Source of the DNA: Hyaloraphidium curvatum SAG 235-1
Lineage: Eukaryota > Fungi > Monoblepharomycota
Direction of reading: 5' to 3'
Length of the DNA: 64,000 nucleotides
NCBI GenBank assembly: GCA_025558095.1
Contig: JAIVFI010000026.1
Coordinates: forward strand, 372,001-436,000
Shown here: positions 61,433 through 64,000 of the stretch, in pieces
Layout of the letters: every line of letters begins with the position of its first letter
Position numbering within the stretch: the stretch's first letter is position 1
Program-made: the position numbers and the translations under genes
Notes under the pieces: model-generated
Databases searched by the model: none
What the model saw: only the letters and a program-made list of their open reading frames with translations
Told to the model about the DNA's origin: nothing

Positions 61433-63236
61433 ATGGGCAAAGGGCGGAAGGATGGCGGCGCAGCGGCCGACAAGGGCCCCCGCTCCAAAGGCACGCCACC
61501 AGGCATGGTGGGACGAATCTTGAATGAGGCGGAGGAGACGTGCACGTACTTTTGCGAGAACGGTAAGGTCCGTCCTCTGCTCCAGAGCACCCTCACCCAT
61601 CGAAATCAGGTCTGCGAAAGGTGCAACCCTACGACTATACCTTTCAGAGCTATGCAAAAGAGCGATGGCTTGGCAAGAGCCTGATAGAAGTCATGAGGCG
61701 CGAGTTCCACGACCAGTCGGAACCTTACTATGTACGTGGGCTTCTGCGTCGCCTTGCGGAGACCGACGACGCCGTGCCCTAGAGGGAGGCAATCAAGACT
61801 GGGCGCTTGATGATCAACAGCCGTACGGTGGATCCGGACTACGTCTTCAAGAATGGCGACCTCATGCAGCATCGGTAAGGTGTCAGCGAGGCCGGATTCG
61901 GTTCGGCTAACAGCCGAGAAACTGCTCAAGGGTCCATCGACATGAGCCTCCAGTCACCGAAACCGCACCCGAACTCGTGGATGTGTCGTTGGCGCGGAAC
62001 TCTGGCGGCGAGGCTGTTGCAACCAACGGATTCATCATCAAAGGAACCGGTATCCCGGACCAGCTTGTGATGGTGAACAAACCAAGCAGCATCCCCGTAA
62101 GGAGAGGGGGAGACCAGCAAGCTTTCACGTTGACACACCGGCCCGCAGGTGCATCCTTCGGGACGGTACCACCACAACTCCGTGACCCGCATCCTCCACA
62201 CCCTTCACCCGGAGCTGTTTCCCCACAAGAATGGCGAGATAACGAAGGTCTTTCCTTGCAACCGCCTCGACAGGCTGACGTCCGGATTGCTTGTGATGGC
62301 TCTCAGCCCCGATCGGGCACGAGAGTTTGAAAGCTATTTTGCCGGCCGTAAGGTTGGCAAGTGGTACGTCTGCCGGGTCAAGGGCGACTTTCCGAGGTAC
62401 GTCAGAGTCCGACAGAGCCTCTTTCTTGAGGTAGTGACAAGTTTGCCTCAGTGGAACGATCACCGTGGATGCGCCCCTAATGGTCTACGAGCACAAACTG
62501 GGCGTGAACTGCGTTTCTCCGAACGGCAAGCCAGCAACTACGATTTTCGAGAAGCTGAGCTACAATGGTCATACGAGTGTTGTCCAATGTCTGTTCGTTG
62601 TACCGTCGGCATTCAGCATCCTCTGAGCACTTCTCTACCACAGGTCAACCACTGACGGGCAGGACCCACCAGATTCGTGTTCACCTCCGCTACTTGGGAC
62701 ATCCGATCGCCAACGATCCCCTTTATGCGCATCGATTTTGGGACGAGGAAGCCGCGCATGTGCAGCTAGAGAGTTTCCCAGATCGACCCGAACTGGTGAA
62801 CGAGGAGCCGCTGGCGCGCCGGGTGTCCCATCGGTTTCATGATGCAGCGGGTGACAACCGGTTGGGCGGGTGGCGGTTTGAAGACGGGGAGGGAGCGCCA
62901 GGGAGCGATCCGCACGATGTGATCCCTCAGGCCGAGACTTTGATTTCCGAGGTCGGGCCCGACCCTGCCGAAGACGCACCTCTCGCGCATTTCTGTGCAG
63001 ATTGCAGGACTCAGCGGCCCGATCCTTTGCCGGATCAGCTTGGAATCTGGCTGCACGCCGTGCAGTACGAGTTTCCGCCATCGGGGCCGAGCAACGGCGA
63101 GAATGAGGGAAGGACCTGGTCCATCAGATCCCCACTTCCTGCATGGGCCGTGGAAACTTTCGCGGACGACAGACGGATAGTGAAGCAGCTCCAGGAGATT
63201 TGGGAGAGTCAATTGTGCGCTGTACAAGCAGATTGA
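61433..63236 (+). CDS. RluA-family pseudouridine synthase (RIB2/PUS9-like), multi-exon
   Basis: NKPSSIP.HPSGRY, PCNRLDRLTSGL, PLTGRTHQIRVHL.YLGHPIANDPLY. Confidence 0.88.
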
Positions 63237-63311
63237 CGCTGCCACTGCCTCGCTCGCAAGCATTCCACGCCCATCAAGAAATCGCTCCCTTCCCCACGCT
63301 ACTCCCTCCCC

Positions 63312-64000
63312 TCACTCCAAAAACTGTCCCCCGCGGAGAACTAATGGTGGCGGCGGTTCCTGCGGAGTGGATGTGCCCGATCTCGCACCCAGCGCGGTTC
63401 TCAGGGCGTCCACAGCCGTGCGCTTCCGTGCCGTCCATGCGAACACGTCCTCGCCAAGTGCATCATCCAACGCTCTGCGAACCAGAATCCCGAGACCTCC
63501 GTCCGGGAGCCCAACGACGGACACCTCCATGTTGACCATCGCAACCGCTGCCAGGGATGCCGAGCTCCCTCCGGAAGGCGACTTGGCTCCGCGGGAAAGT
63601 AGCCGCCCGAAGAACCCGGGCTTGCGCGCAACGGGCGGTGACCCGCGTGCGACACTGGGCGCCGCGGATCCGGCGAACCGGCTTTGGCAAGTCCAGCTCG
63701 CCGCGCCCCCCGAACCCCAGCCCCTCCATTCCGCACCGTCCATGCCACGCATCGCGGCTTCCACCGCCATGCGCACCTCCGATGCGTCTGCCGGCTCGAC
63801 AATCAAGTCGGGACCGCGGTGCAACCGTGGATCGTGAGGCGGAGGTTCCGGAACAGGGCCCGCGGAGTCGTCGTCGAAGCTCAGCTGGACATCGGCAACC
63901 GCAGCGTCCCGCTCCTCAATGCCCTCGTCGCCGTCCACCTCGACGGGTGCGCGTGAGGCGTTGCGGTCTCCGTAGAGGCCGCTGAATCCGAAGCTGGGGC
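63312..64000 (-). CDS. 3' part of a hypothetical host gene running off the window
   Basis: Open frame 63312-63938 with acidic/Pro segments; start lies outside the window. Confidence 0.4.
   Translation of the reverse strand, partial: PSFGFSGLYGDRNASRAPVEVDGDEGIEERDAAVADVQLSFDDDSAGPVPEPPPHDPRLHRGPDLIVEPADASEVRMAVEAAMRGMDGAEWRGWGSGGAASWTCQSRFAGSAAPSVARGSPPVARKPGFFGRLLSRGAKSPSGGSSASLAAVAMVNMEVSVVGLPDGGLGILVRRALDDALGEDVFAWTARKRTAVDALRTALGARSGTSTPQEPPPPLVLRGGQFLE

Overview
GC-rich eukaryotic DNA, very probably fungal: it has a Zn2Cys6 gene and ~50-nt GT-AG introns with CTGAC branch points. An early-diverging (chytrid-like) host is an inference. The window has three zones. (1) 1-630 and ~46.7-49.4 kb: CpG-poor LINE and LTR relics. 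(2) ~640-46,400: a ~45.8-kb virus-like island. It is bracketed by inverted arrays of a GCGCATAGT motif, with a Mutator (MULE/SWIM) transposase just inside the right end. It also carries a PLV/NCLDV-type tyrosine recombinase with a 13-6-13 inverted site upstream and four small paralogous genes downstream. Other content: a GIY-YIG/T5orf172 protein, an A32-like packaging ATPase, a myristoylated L1-like membrane protein, two paralogous primase-D5 helicases each followed by an iteron/AT-rich origin-like block, a catalytically dead Prim-Pol, F-box-like genes, captured host-type genes and several decayed genes. No major capsid protein, family B DNA polymerase or RNA polymerase is recognisable. (3) ~49.4-64 kb: ordinary intron-containing host genes (RalGAP-beta-like, WDR89-like, LST8, a secreted protein, RidA, RING/TRAF-SUMO-like, GFA, RluA-type pseudouridine synthase). 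All protein calls are by eye from remembered motifs; no database searches were run.
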